A stretch of DNA of 64,000 nucleotides from Octopus vulgaris (lineage: Eukaryota), in assembly GCA_951406725.2 (NCBI GenBank), contig OX597818.1:97836001-97900000 (forward strand). The letters run 5' to 3'. This document shows, piece after piece, positions 40,600-54,650 of the stretch. The notes under the pieces are model-generated. The model was not told where the DNA came from. It worked only from the letters and a program-made list of their open reading frames with translations, and searched no databases. Position numbers and translations under genes: made by a program. How positions within the stretch are numbered: the first letter of the stretch is position 1; each line of letters opens with the position of its first letter.

Positions 40600-40666
40600 A
40601 TACACAGAAAAAAACAAGGAGAGAAAAAATGCGTGTAGGAGCTAACGATCTATCATGGCGTCCTGA

Positions 40667-40718
<52 letters not shown>

Positions 40719-40899
40719 ATAACGTGACCGACCAGGCTATCACAATGCGCTTCGTATTGTTTTAGCCTTCAAATGACGCCACCCCGCTGGTTAAGCGAGC
40801 AGGCCAACAGAAGAAAGAGTGAGAGAAAGTTGCGGCGAAAGAGTACAGCAGGGATCGACACCACCCCAAAATACTAGCAGTCTGAATCTGAAATTTGCT

Positions 40900-41330
40900 T
40901 CTCTTTTACTCTTTTCCTTGTTTCAGTCATTGTTTCAGTCATGCTGGAGCACCGGTTTTAGTCGAGCAAATCGACCCCAGGACTTATTCTTTGTAAGCCT
41001 AGTACTTATTCTATCGGTATCTTTTGCCGAACCGTTGAGTTACGGGGATGTAAACACACCAGCATCGGTTGTCAAGCGATGTTGGTGGGGACAAACACAA
41101 ACACACAAACATACACACGCACACACACACACACACACGCACACACACACATATATATATATATACATATATACGACGGGCTTCTTTCAGTTTCCGTCTA
41201 CCAAATCCGCTCACAAGGCTTTTGTTGGCCCGAGGCTATAGTAAAAAGCACTTGCCCAAGGTTCAACGCAGTGGGACTGAACCCGGAATCATGTGGTTGG
41301 TAAGCAAGCTACTTACCACACAGTCACTCA
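40900..41330 (-). mobile_element. SINE family A
   Basis: Family-A body on the minus strand. Confidence 0.8.
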
Positions 41331-41573
41331 ATAATTTCATAATAATTTTCAGACGAAAAGGTATGTAGTTTAAGGGAGGTTTAACTCTTGTTTCTAGCAC
41401 ATCCCACGTCCATCTGGTATCTTCTTCGTTTCTTTGTCATTCTAACATATTTTTCTCCCCATAAACACATTTTATGAAATGATAATGCAGTGGTCCATAG
41501 CTGGGATATAAACAACAACAAAACATTTTTATTTAAATTTTTAACTCCCATCTCGCATTCAGCGAGTCCATGA

Positions 41574-41659
<86 letters not shown>

Positions 41660-41754
41660 AAATCATATTTACTTACAGAAAAGTATACTATTAAAATATA
41701 TGTTTTAGATACCATTTTAAATCAATCTGTCACTGAAATGAAGATTCTTACACG

Positions 41755-41821
<67 letters not shown>

Positions 41822-42218
41822 AGAGAGCTTCAGTGATATTATTATACTGAGTGAAGGCGGTTAAAACGTATAGAGGAGGGGAAGTTTTCCATGAGAAAAA
41901 CGAAAAATAGGTAGTCATCTTTCCTGTTGCTGAGACAGATTTTTAAATTTTAGAATAAAGTGAATATTTTCAAATTTGGTGTATTGATGTACTTTTCCAC
42001 GTTGAATACAAGTTTGTGGCTAATTTATTCCAGAACTATTTTAGAAAAATGCGACAAAGGTTTAAAATTTGATCAATGTTACCCAATCAGAAAACAGGAT
42101 TTGTGCATAATAGTTGTGATAAAATGAAAGTAAAGATTAGAAGACGAAGTTTTAAAGAGGCTGAAAGCAATGCATGAGAGATAATACTATATGCAGATAG
42201 AAAGAGAGAAAGAAAGAG

Positions 42219-42290
<72 letters not shown>

Positions 42291-42475
42291 TGTGTGTGTG
42301 TGATAAAGTGTGTGTTAAATAATAGAGATAGATTCATGTTGACACATACAGAATAAGAGAGCTGGCGATCGAAAACTAGACATTTCACGTTGTCACATGT
42401 TTTCCTTCTTATTTACAGACGACATTGTTTGTGCGACTCAGATTTCGAGAATTAAATTCGTTTTTCTCAAGGACA

Positions 42476-42702
42476 GCATTCACCAAATTAAACAAGGAAA
42501 CCGTCCAGAAGAGTTGCAGGATTCTGAAGTCGTCTCAAGGCCGTAGTTGTAGCCAATGGCGATTTTATTGAATAAATTTACTCTTTAGTATTTCAAGATA
42601 TTTTCATACAACTTTGGTAAATATGTCTGCTAAAATGAGATGTCAGTGTTTTCTTCATTTTTGCATAGTTTAAACAACAGTTTATTCACTGCATTCTGTA
42701 TC

Positions 42703-42706
<4 letters not shown>
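42476..42706 (+). pseudogene. Tc1/mariner-superfamily (maT/DD37D-like) transposase C-terminal remnant and 3' end
   Basis: AFTKLNKETVQKSCR, frameshift, then SRLKAVVVANGDFIE*, resembling the R.RLEAV..A.G..IE end motif. Ends ...cctgta before (TA)n. Confidence 0.55.
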
Positions 42707-42749
<43 letters not shown>

Positions 42750-42753
<4 letters not shown>

Positions 42754-42806
42754 ACTCACCCAACAAGATACAACTCACCCAACAAGATACAACTCACCCA
42801 ACAAGA
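42750..42806. repeat. 3 x 19-bp tandem atacaactcacccaacaag
   Basis: Direct inspection. Confidence 0.9.
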
Positions 42807-43152
42807 ACTCACTACATGAACAAAACTTGACTTAAACAGGATTCGAATAATCCTATCAGGTGGTGCTATTAAGTTAGACATGGCCTGGACCAATCTCTGG
42901 TCGAAACATATCTAAGTTTTATCTAAGTTTTATATATAATTATTCATATTGAGGCATATGAGTGTGTGTGTGTGCGTCCGTGCGTGTGCTTGTGTGTGTA
43001 AAGGCACGATTGGTTAATTGCTGCTTATGCACATGTGGTTTTAGCACGTGTACATTCATAATCACATACGTGTGCGAGCTTGTGATTCTATTGTACATTA
43101 GACCACATATGAATGTGTATATAAATCTGTGTGAGTGAGTGAGTGTGAGTGT

Positions 43153-43209
<57 letters not shown>

Positions 43210-43654
43210 CTGTCCTAACTTATCTATTAACCTATTATGCTATACGCGAAGGTGCGTGTCCTAGTGGTTTAAGTGTTGGAGTCACAATGAAAAGCTCGTG
43301 GGTTCAATTCTTGGATCTGGCTGCCTGTTGTCTCCTTACACTGCTCTAGTCCGGGCCCGATTTAGACCTGGCGCAATAGGTTATGGAGCCCCTACGATTA
43401 TGCGTATGTATCGGTATATGTATCCTCCTCCTCCTCCCTCCTCCCCCTCCTCCTCCTCGTCCTCTGTGATGGAACAACAAATTTTCAACTAGTCAAGATT
43501 CACAGTACGGATTTTACTATTCATTCTTCCGATCGCTGAATATAAAACCTGGTTTGCGAGCCCTCCGTTCGGGTTATTTCACATCCGAATCACCAGGTCA
43601 CGTGTCTCCACTGTAAAGCTAAATATAACCTTTTAAATAATATGAATACAATAG

Positions 43655-44001
43655 GGTAAAGGGAAAAGACCCCCTTCGGTCATGAATGACCATGAGATTG
43701 CATCTAGAAAGTTACCCTCCGTGGCTCAAGTCCTGGCAAGGTTGCTTATGGAAGACCAGCAGTCGCCCATGCATACCAGCCTCTTCTCTCCACGCCACTG
43801 ATGTTGTCCGAAGGAAAGGCAAAATCCGATACAGCTTGGCACCAGTGAGGTCGCAACTCATTTCTATAGCTGAGTGAACTGGCAAAGTGAAATAAAGTAT
43901 CTTGCTCAAGAACACAACACATGACCCGACCCGACCCCGGAATCGAGGCCAACATTTCATGATTGTGATCCCGACGCTCTAGCCACTGAGAAACATGCGT
44001 C
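43655..44001 (-). mobile_element. SINE family D with TSD
   Basis: Homologous to 871-1216. Flanked by taat(a/c)tgaatacaatag at 43638-43654 and 44002-44018. Confidence 0.85.
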
Positions 44002-44111
44002 TAATCTGAATACAATAGAGAATTATAATTTCATATAATCATCATTATCATTAAATTAATAAGGCACTTGAAGAGAATGACTCTCTGCAGACGCAATATT
44101 AATTTTGTCTA

Positions 44112-44529
44112 GGGCGGCGAGCTGGCAGAAACGTTAGCACGCCGGGCGAAATGCTTAGCGGTATTTCGTCTGCCACTACGTTCTGAGTTCAAATTCCGCC
44201 GAGGTCGACTTTGCCTTTCATCTTTTCGGGGTCGATAAATTAAGTACAAGTTACGCACTGGGGTCGATGTAATCGACTTAATCCGTTTGTCTGTCCTTGT
44301 TTGTCCTCTCTGTGTTTAACCCCTTGGGGGTAGTAGAGAAACAGGTATTTCGTCTGCCGCTACGTTCTGAGTTCAAATTCCGCCGAGGTTGACTTTGCCT
44401 TTCATTCTTTTCGGGGTCGGTTAAATAATTACCAGTAGCGTACTGGAGTCGATGTAATCGACTTAATCCGTTTGTCTGTCCTTGTTTTTCCCTTTCTATG
44501 TTTAGCCCCCTGTGGGCAATTAAGAAATA
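44112..44529 (+). mobile_element. SINE family B dimer with TSD
   Basis: Two bodies, flanked by caatatt(a/g)attttgt at 44094-44108 and 44530-44544. Confidence 0.85.
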
Positions 44530-44592
44530 CAATATTGATTTTGTATTTTCCTAAAATTGTTTGGTGTAATCCATAACTTTATTGGCTGACGA

Positions 44593-45041
44593 TTACTCTT
44601 TTACTTGTTTCAGTCATTTGACTGTGGCCATGCCGGAGCACCACCTTTAGTCGACCAAATCGACCCCAGGACTTATTGTTTGTAAGTCTAGTACTTATTC
44701 TATCGGTCACTTTTGCCGAACCGCTAAGTGACGGGGACGTATACACACCAGCATCGGTTGTCAAGCGATGTTGGGGGGACAAACACAGACACACAAACGT
44801 ATGTATATGTATGTGTATATGTGTATGTTTGTGTGTCTGTGTTTGTCCCCCCAACATCGCTTGACAACCGATGCTGGTGTGTATACGTCCCTGTAACTTA
44901 GCGGTTCGGCAAAAAGATACCGATAGAATAAGTACTAGGCTTACAATGAATAAGTCCTAGGGTCGATTTGTTCGAATGAAGGCGGTGCTCCAGCATGGCC
45001 ACAATCAAAATGACTGAAACAAGTAAAAGAGTAAAGAGTAA
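44593..45041. mobile_element. Inverted pair of family-A SINE 3' halves joined at the internal microsatellite
   Basis: The left arm is the reverse complement of the right arm; centre at about 44812. Confidence 0.9.
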
Positions 45042-45512
45042 CACAGAGAAGAACACGTAAAGTAACGTAATCCCAAAAAGACTGGGTGGTGGTCGAGGCT
45101 GGAATGCTTTTGATCATGTAAAAGGGCTCATCGAATAGGATTAACTAGGGGGCGCAACATCATCATAATCATCAACAACAGCGATAGTAACAGCGGCTCG
45201 GCATCGTCTCGCTGTAATTGACCGGATGCTCTTCAGATGAAGGGGCAGGTTTGGGGCTACAAAAGAATTGTTGTTGTTGTGGTGGTGTTGTTGTTGTTGG
45301 TGGTGGTGTTGATGGTGGTTGTAGATGCGGTGATGGTGGGGATAGTGGTGGTGGATGTAGTTGTAGTTGTAGTAGTGTTGTGGTAGTGATTGCGTGTTGA
45401 TGAGCGTGAGGGTGTGTATATGTATATGTTGTGTGTGTGTGTGTGTGCGTGTTGTTTGTGTGTGCGTTGTGTGTGTGTGTGTTTTTTCTGTGTGTGAGCG
45501 TGTGTTGTATGT

Positions 45513-45543
<31 letters not shown>

Positions 45544-46044
45544 CAAGAGGGGAGAGGGGAGAGAAAAGGTGACGTGTGAAGAAGTGAGACAGAACAGTGC
45601 TGGACAAGATTACCCGGTGTCATTGTATTACTATTATTACTATCACTATTCACCTCCTCTTCCTCTTCTCCTCCTCCTCCTCCTCCTCCTCCTCCTCTTC
45701 CTCTTCAACGTCGTCATCTTCGTCGTCATCTCCACAACCATTACCAAAACAATCAGTATCATCATCGTGAACACCTCCACAATCACGTCTACCACCATCG
45801 CGACACCCCTTTCTACCTCCTTCTCTTCCTCTCCTATTCTTCTTCCTCCTCATCCCCCTCCCCCTCCTTCTCATTATAATCATCATCTATCCCCTCAGCA
45901 GCAGCAGCAACAACAACAACAACAACAATAGTAATAACAGCAACCAAGACGACGACAACCAATGCGACAGTGGCGGCGTTAAACGACGCGGAAAAATAAG
46001 AATAAGATAGACAGACAGACAGACAGATAGACAGACAGACAGAC

Positions 46045-46106
<62 letters not shown>

Positions 46107-46829
46107 GTAGCCATACATAAATATACATACATATATAATTATAATTATATATATATATATATATATACACTTAAATGCATGTTATACATTCGCATATATA
46201 TGTATTCATTCGCACACATTTAAAGGACGGGACATGGATGATTAGATGGATATCTATCTATACATATATCTCTATCTACGTACACACACAGACAGGCAGA
46301 CAGGCAGATAGGCGAACAGGTAGATGGATAGATGGATGAATGGATGGATGGATGGATAGACAGACAGATAAATACAAGATAAATAGACAGACAAATAGAT
46401 AGAAAGATAGATAGAAAAATAAATAGATAGATAGATAGATAGATGAACAGAGAAAGTGAAAGCGAAAGTGAATGTAAAGAAAAGATGCGAGTGCAGCAGA
46501 ACAAGAAAATAAGTACCCGCACATGTCTGGTTTCCTGAATACTCGTTCAATTGTAATCAGAATTAATTGGCGGGTAATAACGGGAGGAATATGGTACAAG
46601 TTCTCTGCTACAACAGATATATCACCTGATCATCATACTCTGTCCCCCACCTTTCTCAACCCGCACCCCCGTTCCAGTTAGCATACCACCCTGCTTCCAT
46701 CTACCCTTACTCCTCCCCATCTCCAGACTTCATCAACACCATTCGTTCTTTTTTAACCACCACCACTACCACCACCACCGTCGCCACCACCACCATCGCC
46801 ACCACCACCATCGCCACCACCACTATCAT

Positions 46830-46873
<44 letters not shown>

Positions 46874-47316
46874 GCATACACACACGAGACGAAGCACTGC
46901 CTACATTTAACTCCTCCTACTATCACCAGTATTGCCACCACCACCACCACCACTACCACCAAAACTACCGCTGGTATCACTTCCCCCAACACTACTACCA
47001 GAGCCACCACCATCACCACCATCACCTTCCCTCCATCCCCATCATCAACAGCAGCGCTACACATATATCAACAATAGGTAAAGATCATAAAATACAGGAG
47101 CCTGTATGTGGTCGCTGGACCTGCTAGAAGTAGCTGCAACATGACTCAAATCGCACCAGACTGTCTTACATAAGACGCATTAGATAATGTGATCTTAGGT
47201 GATGATGATGATGATGATGACGACGACGACGACGATGATGATGATGACGGTGGTGGTGGTTGTAGAGGTTTTAGTATTGGTGAATGTGGTGATGGTAATC
47301 ACGGTGGTAATTGTGT

Positions 47317-47553
47317 AAGGCGACGAGCTGGCAGAAACGTTAGCACGCCGGGCGAAACGCTTTGCGGTATTTCGTCTGCCGCTACGTTCTGAGTTCAAAT
47401 TCCGCCGAGATCGACTTTGCCTTTCACCCTTTCGGGGTCGATTAAATAAGTAACAGTTACGCACTGGGGTCGATATAATCGACTTAATCCGTTTGTCTGT
47501 CCTTGTTTGTCCCTTCTGTGTTTAACCCCTCGTGGGTAGTAAAGAAATAGGTA
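47317..47553 (+). mobile_element. SINE family B monomer
   Basis: aaggcgacgagctggcagaaacg...gtaaagaaataggt. Confidence 0.8.
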
Positions 47554-47784
47554 ATTGAGGTGGAGTGGTGATGGTGGTTGAGTTGGTGGGTTGTGAGGAC
47601 AATGGTGGTGGTAGTGGTGTTGGTGGTAGTGTTTGTTGTGGTACTTGTAATTCAATTTCTATCAGTCACGACAACGGAGATTCTATTTGTTCGATCAGCT
47701 GAATTACCAACTCACGCAACATTAACGGCTATGCGGCTGAGTATACCACAGAGATGTGTACCTTTTACGAAATACTCAAATAGA

Positions 47785-48165
47785 AGGAGCAGGTGTGGCT
47801 GTGTGGTAAACGTTTGCTTCCCTACCACATGGTTCCGGGTTCAGTCCCACTGCGTGGTACCTTCGGTAAGTGTCTTCAGCAGTAACCTCGGGCCGACCAA
47901 CGCCTTGTAAGTGGGTTTGGTAGACGGAAACTCAAAGAAGCCCATTGTGTGTGTGTGTGTGTGTCTTTGTCCTCCCACACCGCTTGACAACCGGTGTTGG
48001 GTTGTTTACGTTTCCGTAACTTAGCTGATCGGCATACGAAATCGACAGAATAATTACCAGGCTTTAAAAATATAAATACTTGGGTGATTCGTTCGACTAA
48101 GATCTCTTTAAAGTGGCGCCCCTGCATGACCACAGTCTAATGACTAAAACAAGTAAAAGAAAGGA
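47785..48165 (+). mobile_element. SINE family A (diverged)
   Basis: ggagcaggtgtggctgtgtggtaa...tgactaaaacaagtaaaaga. Confidence 0.75.
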
Positions 48166-48216
48166 AATGGAATATATATATATAAATATGTATATATACA
48201 TATATATATGTATATG

Positions 48217-48287
<71 letters not shown>

Positions 48288-48290
<3 letters not shown>

Positions 48291-48565
48291 CTAACGATTC
48301 TGCCAGCTTGCACCTTCCGGCAGACGAAATACCTATTTCTTTACTGCCCACAAGGGGTTAAACACAGAGGGGACAAACAAGGACAGATAAACGGATTAAG
48401 CCGATTATACCGACCCCAGTGCATAACTGGTACTTATTTAATCGACCCCAAAAGGATGAAAGGCAAAGTCGACCTCGGCGGGATTTGAACTCAGAACGTA
48501 GCGGCAGACGAAATACGGCTAAGCATTTCGCCCGGTATGCTAACGATTCTGCCAGCTCACCGCCT
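48288..48565 (-). mobile_element. SINE family B
   Basis: Reverse complement of the family-B body. Confidence 0.8.
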
Positions 48566-48867
48566 TTCCAGTGACAGGGAATTGCAAGATGACTGGTGCT
48601 ATTTTGACTGCAAGTTTCATTTCAAAGTATTTCTCCAAAACTTTGAAAAATAACGGAATCCTCCTCTGCCTCTGGGAAGCCTATTTAACCCATAGATAGG
48701 AACCCGAAAGGCAGTACCATTCTGGGTCAGAACGGAGCTGGGAGTAATGGCAATTAAGGAGTGGCTACACGCTCCTCACAACTCCTTAACTTCCGAACAA
48801 GAGCCTCACCACCTGATACAGTTTAATATTAAACCCGGGACGCACATACGCACACACGCGCGGGCGC

Positions 48868-48953
<86 letters not shown>

Positions 48954-49522
48954 GTATGTATGTATATGTGTGTCTGTGTTTGTCCCTCCACTATCGCTTG
49001 GCAACCGATGTTGGTGTGTTCACGCCCCCGATAGAATAAGTACTAGGCTTACAAAGAATAAGTCCAGGGGTCTTGTTCGACTAAAGGCGGTGCTCCAGCA
49101 TGGCCGCAGTCAGAATGACTGAAACAAGTAAAAGAGTAAAAGAGTATATATAAGGTAAAAAATAAACATATAATAAATGCACAAACGAGTAGAAAGCAGA
49201 CACAATTCCCCATCACTTATCGGCTAGAGGGTCAAACGCAATATTACGCCTATACGACGGAGCATCTGACAGATTGCATCTAGCAAGTTCACAAATTCAC
49301 AGGGAATTGGTCGGCCCGGGGTTATAGTAGAAGTTTCTTCCCCAAGGTACGGTGCAGTGGGACAGAATCCGAAACCACGAGGTCAAAGCGAGCAGACGAG
49401 ATGGTTGTCTAGAATGCATGTTGATTATATATCTGCAGATCAGAGCTTATCTAAGGAAGGAGGAGGAGGAGAAAAAGAGGACATTATATCCTCCTATCTT
49501 ACAAGGAGGTATAACACCACCA

Positions 49523-49971
49523 AGGGCGGCGAGCTGGCAGAAGCGTTAGCACGCCGGACGAAATGGTTAGCGATATTTCGTCTGCCGTTACGTTCTGAGT
49601 TCAAATTCCGCCGAGGTCGACTTTGCCTTTGATCCTTTCGAGATCGATAAATTAAGTACCAGTTACGCACTGGGGTCAATATAATCGACTTAATACCTAT
49701 GTCTGTCCTTGTTTGTCCCCTCTGTGTTTAGCTCCTTGTTGGTAGTAAAGAAATAAGAAACGTTAGGACGCCGGACGAAATGGTTAGCGATATTTCGTCT
49801 GCCGTTACGTTCTGAGTTCAAATTCCGCCGAGGTCGACTTTGCCTTTCATCCTTTCGGGGTCGATTAAATAAGTACCGGTTACGCACTGGGGTCGATATA
49901 ATCGACTTAATCCGTTTGTCTGTCCTTGTTTGTCCTCTCTGTGTTTAGCCCCTTGTGGGTAGTAAAGAAAT
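49523..49971 (+). mobile_element. SINE family B dimer with TSD
   Basis: Two bodies, flanked by aggtataacaccacca at 49507-49522 and 49972-49987. Confidence 0.85.
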
Positions 49972-50417
49972 AGGTATAACACCACCACCTCCAATATCAA
50001 CAAGGGAACCTCTGCGTGGTCGGTTGACATGCTAGAAATAGCTGCCAAATCTAATTTAGATAACATCCTACTGTTTTTAGAAATAGTAGCCAAATCTAAT
50101 TTAGATCACATCCTAGATTGCCCGAAATAGAGGAGATGACCACGTCTAGAAAGCTTTCCATTATTGGTCTGCTGAATCAAGGTGGATCTTAGACTTAATA
50201 ACGGCTTTTTTTCCACCACATTCAATGGCAACGGTGCTGGTAGTGGAATCAAGTGCTGTAAATTGTTGCGGTTAACAGAGACTGGTTCTTGAGAAGGCTC
50301 TTCATACTAGAAACGTTGATATCGCCGTTGGGCAAATATTCAAAATACGGCGTAAATACTCGTGTTCAAAACGTTTTGAGTTATTTCTTCTAAAACTAAA
50401 GTGTTGGTTTCAAGAGT

Positions 50418-50472
<55 letters not shown>

Positions 50473-51169
50473 GTGTGTTCGTCTGCATGTTGTATGTGTC
50501 CCGTATTTCTATCTATCTATCTATCTATCTATAGGTGGGTGAATGTAGCAAAGATGGTGCGTGCGAGTGACGAAACCACTTTGAGCATGATCCTGAAAAT
50601 CGTAATAGAGATAGAGAGAGCACTTTGCTCTCATGTGTTTATTTCCTCCCCGCCTGAGGTTACCGTGGTCTTTTCTGTAGGCTTTTCTCTCCACGGATGA
50701 ACCTAATCTTGTTTGTTACTTTGATACACGATCCCTTTTGATTGCTTTTTTTTTCCCGATCCCTTTTGATCGAAATTTTACATTTGTTTCCTTTTTTTTT
50801 TTTCTTTTTCCATCTTCAAAAAGAAAAGCTCTACATTTGTATTTGTCCCCTCTGTATCCAGCCCTGTGTGGCCAATAAAGAAAGTTATCTATCTATCTAT
50901 GTGTACATACACACAGGTTAAGGCGGGATGGTCATGGAAGGAACGATTTTGATCATAGCTCTGCTCGAACCCAGTTATGAAAGCAATTCTTTTCGTTGCA
51001 GTATCCCTTTTAATGTAGGCTTCTTTAAGAGAGAGAGAGAGGGGGAAGAGAGAAAGAGAGAGAGGGGAGAGAGGGAGAAAGAGGTTGACTTTGCCCTTCA
51101 TCCTTTTCGGGTCAATAAAATCGATGTAATACACACACACACACACACACACATACATACATACATACA

Positions 51170-51248
<79 letters not shown>

Positions 51249-51315
51249 AATATTAGGGAATAAATCCAAATTTACTGGGAAAAATCAGATTTAGGATTGC
51301 GCACACACACACTCG

Positions 51316-51368
<53 letters not shown>

Positions 51369-51486
51369 AACAATGTGTGTGTGTGTCTTTGTTTCTTTGT
51401 GACTGTGTTTGCCCCTCACCACTGCTTCACAACCGTTGTTAGCTTGGTTGCGTCCCCGTAGCTTAGCGGCTCTATCTATCTATCTG

Positions 51487-51541
<55 letters not shown>

Positions 51542-51576
51542 GTCTGTCTGTCTGCCTATTTCTGTCTATCTGTCTA

Positions 51577-51641
<65 letters not shown>

Positions 51642-52043
51642 ATTATTGATAGTGACTTCGAAATTTCGGCCAGTTAAGCCACCCTCGGACTGTCAATAAC
51701 ATTCTTGTTTGGGAATAATAAATCTTTACTCTACAGAAGTACAGGGTAATCCATCTGATTAATGTAAAATTGTTTTTTGTTTTTTATTAAAACTGAACCT
51801 GTAAAGCGGCGAACTGGCAGAATCGTTAGTATGTCAGGCAGAATGCTAAGCGGCATTTCGTCCGTCTTTAGATTCTGAATTCAAATTCTGCTCAGGTCGA
51901 TTTTGCTTTACATCCTTTCAGGGTCGATAAAATGAGTAGCAGTTGAGTACTAGGGCCGATGTAATCGTGTAGAGTTCTTCAAAAATTTCAAGCATTTTCC
52001 TATAGCAGAAAGGATTATAACTGAACACAAAAACTAACATTAG

Positions 52044-52113
<70 letters not shown>

Positions 52114-52114
52114 A

Positions 52115-52755
52115 TAAGACTTTTTTGCTTAATGAGATTAAAAAAAGACAAAGCTGTGTAGATATTAGAACATTTATAGATAGTAGGTCTTGCAGCTGTT
52201 TCCAGGATATTTATTAATTATATCCTTTCATCGGAGACGGTGTGAGAGGATGTTAAGTAATAGTTAATTTAGGTAGGATACAAAATAGAAAGTAAGGTGA
52301 AGGAAAGAAAATAGATCTGAGATATGTAGGGATATTAAAGTTGTAAATTTTAAATTCTGTTGGATTTTACTCATTGGAGGTATTGGAATCTTACATATAT
52401 ACCATTCTACCTAAAAAATGGATCTACAACTTCAATATCCCTACATATCTCATATCTATTTTCTTTCCTCCACCTCACTCTCTATTTTGTATCCTATCTA
52501 AATTAACTATTACTTAACCATCCTCTCACAACGTCTCCGATGAAAGGATATAATTAATAAATATCCTGGAAACAGCTGTAAGACCTTATATCTCATTACG
52601 CAAAAAATTCTTATATACACACGCTGACATATGACCAACGTTGAACCCCTTATTCGCAAAATTACCGAACCTGGAACTTAACTATAGTCGTCTGTAGCAC
52701 TTATTCAGCATTACCTGACACCTTTGGGTCTCAATGACACCATTACCTCTTATAA

Positions 52756-52760
<5 letters not shown>
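52115..52760. mobile_element. Family P1 inverted pair with two divergent HHR folds, in (TA)n
   Basis: Arms 52186-52345 and 52425-52585 are reverse complements. HHR folds at 52187-52238 (minus) and 52533-52584 (plus). Confidence 0.75.
52533..52584 (+). ncRNA. Type-I hammerhead-like motif, CCGAUGA core
   Basis: gtct-ccgatga-a-aggatat(aattaataa)atatcct-g-gaaa-cagctg-ta-agac. Confidence 0.65.
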
Positions 52761-52794
<34 letters not shown>

Positions 52795-53484
52795 CAAAAT
52801 AAGGAAGTGGAGAAATACATCTTAATCAATAATAAACTACCAGATAATACCCAATCACATAATTTATTAAACCACTACAGATGAACAGTAAGGTCAAACA
52901 TAATAATATAGAACAAAACAATGTACATCAATGAGTAATAAGATACAATAAGTACAGTATGTATAAGTGAATATAAATAAATACAAATATAAGTATAAAC
53001 TACATCTTACAGCTGTTTCAGCCATGCAGATATGGGTGCCTCATTATGCTCATATTAGCCATGTGTGATAGGTTAATATGTAATTATAAATGAGACACTT
53101 ACAAAAATATCACAAGGCCTATTCAAAGATTATGAAGAACAAACTAAATTAAACATGAAAATCAGAGGAGATACACCCATATAAGAGTGGGTACATACCC
53201 ATAATATATAATATACACATACCTATGAGTACATATACCCATACTTCTATACATATATATATATACATATACATAATAATAATATACAGCAATATACATA
53301 CATAAGTTCTATATTCAAGGTTACAGTTGGTCAAAACAATATATTAGAATATTACAATATAGAAACATACACATATCTATATTCAAATGCAGATAAACAA
53401 AGTCGAGAGTTCATTATATTAAGTTACAAAATGTCATTAATATTACCGTCATTACTATTACCATTGCCACTATTGCTACTAATA

Positions 53485-53536
<52 letters not shown>

Positions 53537-54128
53537 CATTATTATTATTAACATCATTAATACCAGCAAAACAATATATGCATCACGCGGTTAGCAACAT
53601 AATAGCAAAAACAACAACCACAACAACAATAATACTGTACCATGCAAAGCATTATAGATCGGCATATACATATAAAAAGAAAATTGAAAAACATTGATTT
53701 ACATCATAGAAAATTCCACAGGTGTACATGCGTTTATACGGACTGTGATATGTGTAAAGTATTAAGTTCAGAGATAGTTAAATATCGAACGGCCAATACG
53801 ATTGGCCGGCACATTTGAATTTCAATTGTTTCGTTACGGTTGGTTTGTTAAGAAATACTCACATACGTATACACGTATATGTGCGCTTACACATGGATAA
53901 ATCACAATACAGGAAATACTAGCTTACATACACACATATATGTATACATACATAACTACACTAATTAATTTGTGGTAAAACATTTTACCTTTGCCCATAT
54001 AATACAGTGAATGAATTAATTACATCGCAATTCTTAACATTTATGTATTAACTTTGTTGGGTGCTTTACTAGCGGTATATTGGATACATGTTATCCCATG
54101 GTGGGTTGCACTCACAACCCCTATCTCA

Positions 54129-54173
<45 letters not shown>

Positions 54174-54590
54174 AGTACAGGACGTTACCAGCGAGTGAAA
54201 ATTACGTAGACACACGAGCTATAAATACAGGACAAATTACCAAAAAAAGTAAAATATAAAATTTCTGGAGAGCTAGAGCTTCGAACGAACAAACAACGAC
54301 AGAGTGGATTTACAGAGTAAACAATCGACGAAAACAAATATTAAGGGCTGTTAGGCAAAGACGCATTGTAATGGGTAACGCTTGGAAGAAATTTTGAAAG
54401 GATATAGAATAAATCCGAGAGAAAAAAGAGAAAAAGGGTAAAAAATGTCGGGAGGAGATATAAAATTACACCCAGCTAAGAATGTATCGCTTCCAGAAAA
54501 GATGGAGGTGAGGAAAAAAATGGCCTGTAGTCACGTGGGAACAAACAGGCAGAAGAGAAGGTAGGCAAGTGAGAGGATGAGAGAAAAAAA

Positions 54591-54650
54591 CAGTAATCCC
54601 TCGACTATCGCGGGTATTACGTTCCAAAACTCCACTCGATAAGTTAAAAT
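54591..54650 (+). mobile_element. pogo/Tigger-like terminal inverted repeat end
   Basis: cagtaatccctcgactatcgcgggtattacgttcc resembles Tigger-type CAGT...CCCTCG...TCGCGG termini. No partner end seen. Confidence 0.45.

Noticed and set aside
42750-42806. CRISPR-like array (also the 34-bp units at 54735-54840)
   Set aside because: Repeats are contiguous with no unique spacers, there are no cas genes, and the context is eukaryotic.
42875-42916. gacca/tggtc stem followed by gaaacatatc as a hammerhead
   Set aside because: No CUGANGA-like strand ahead of the stem.
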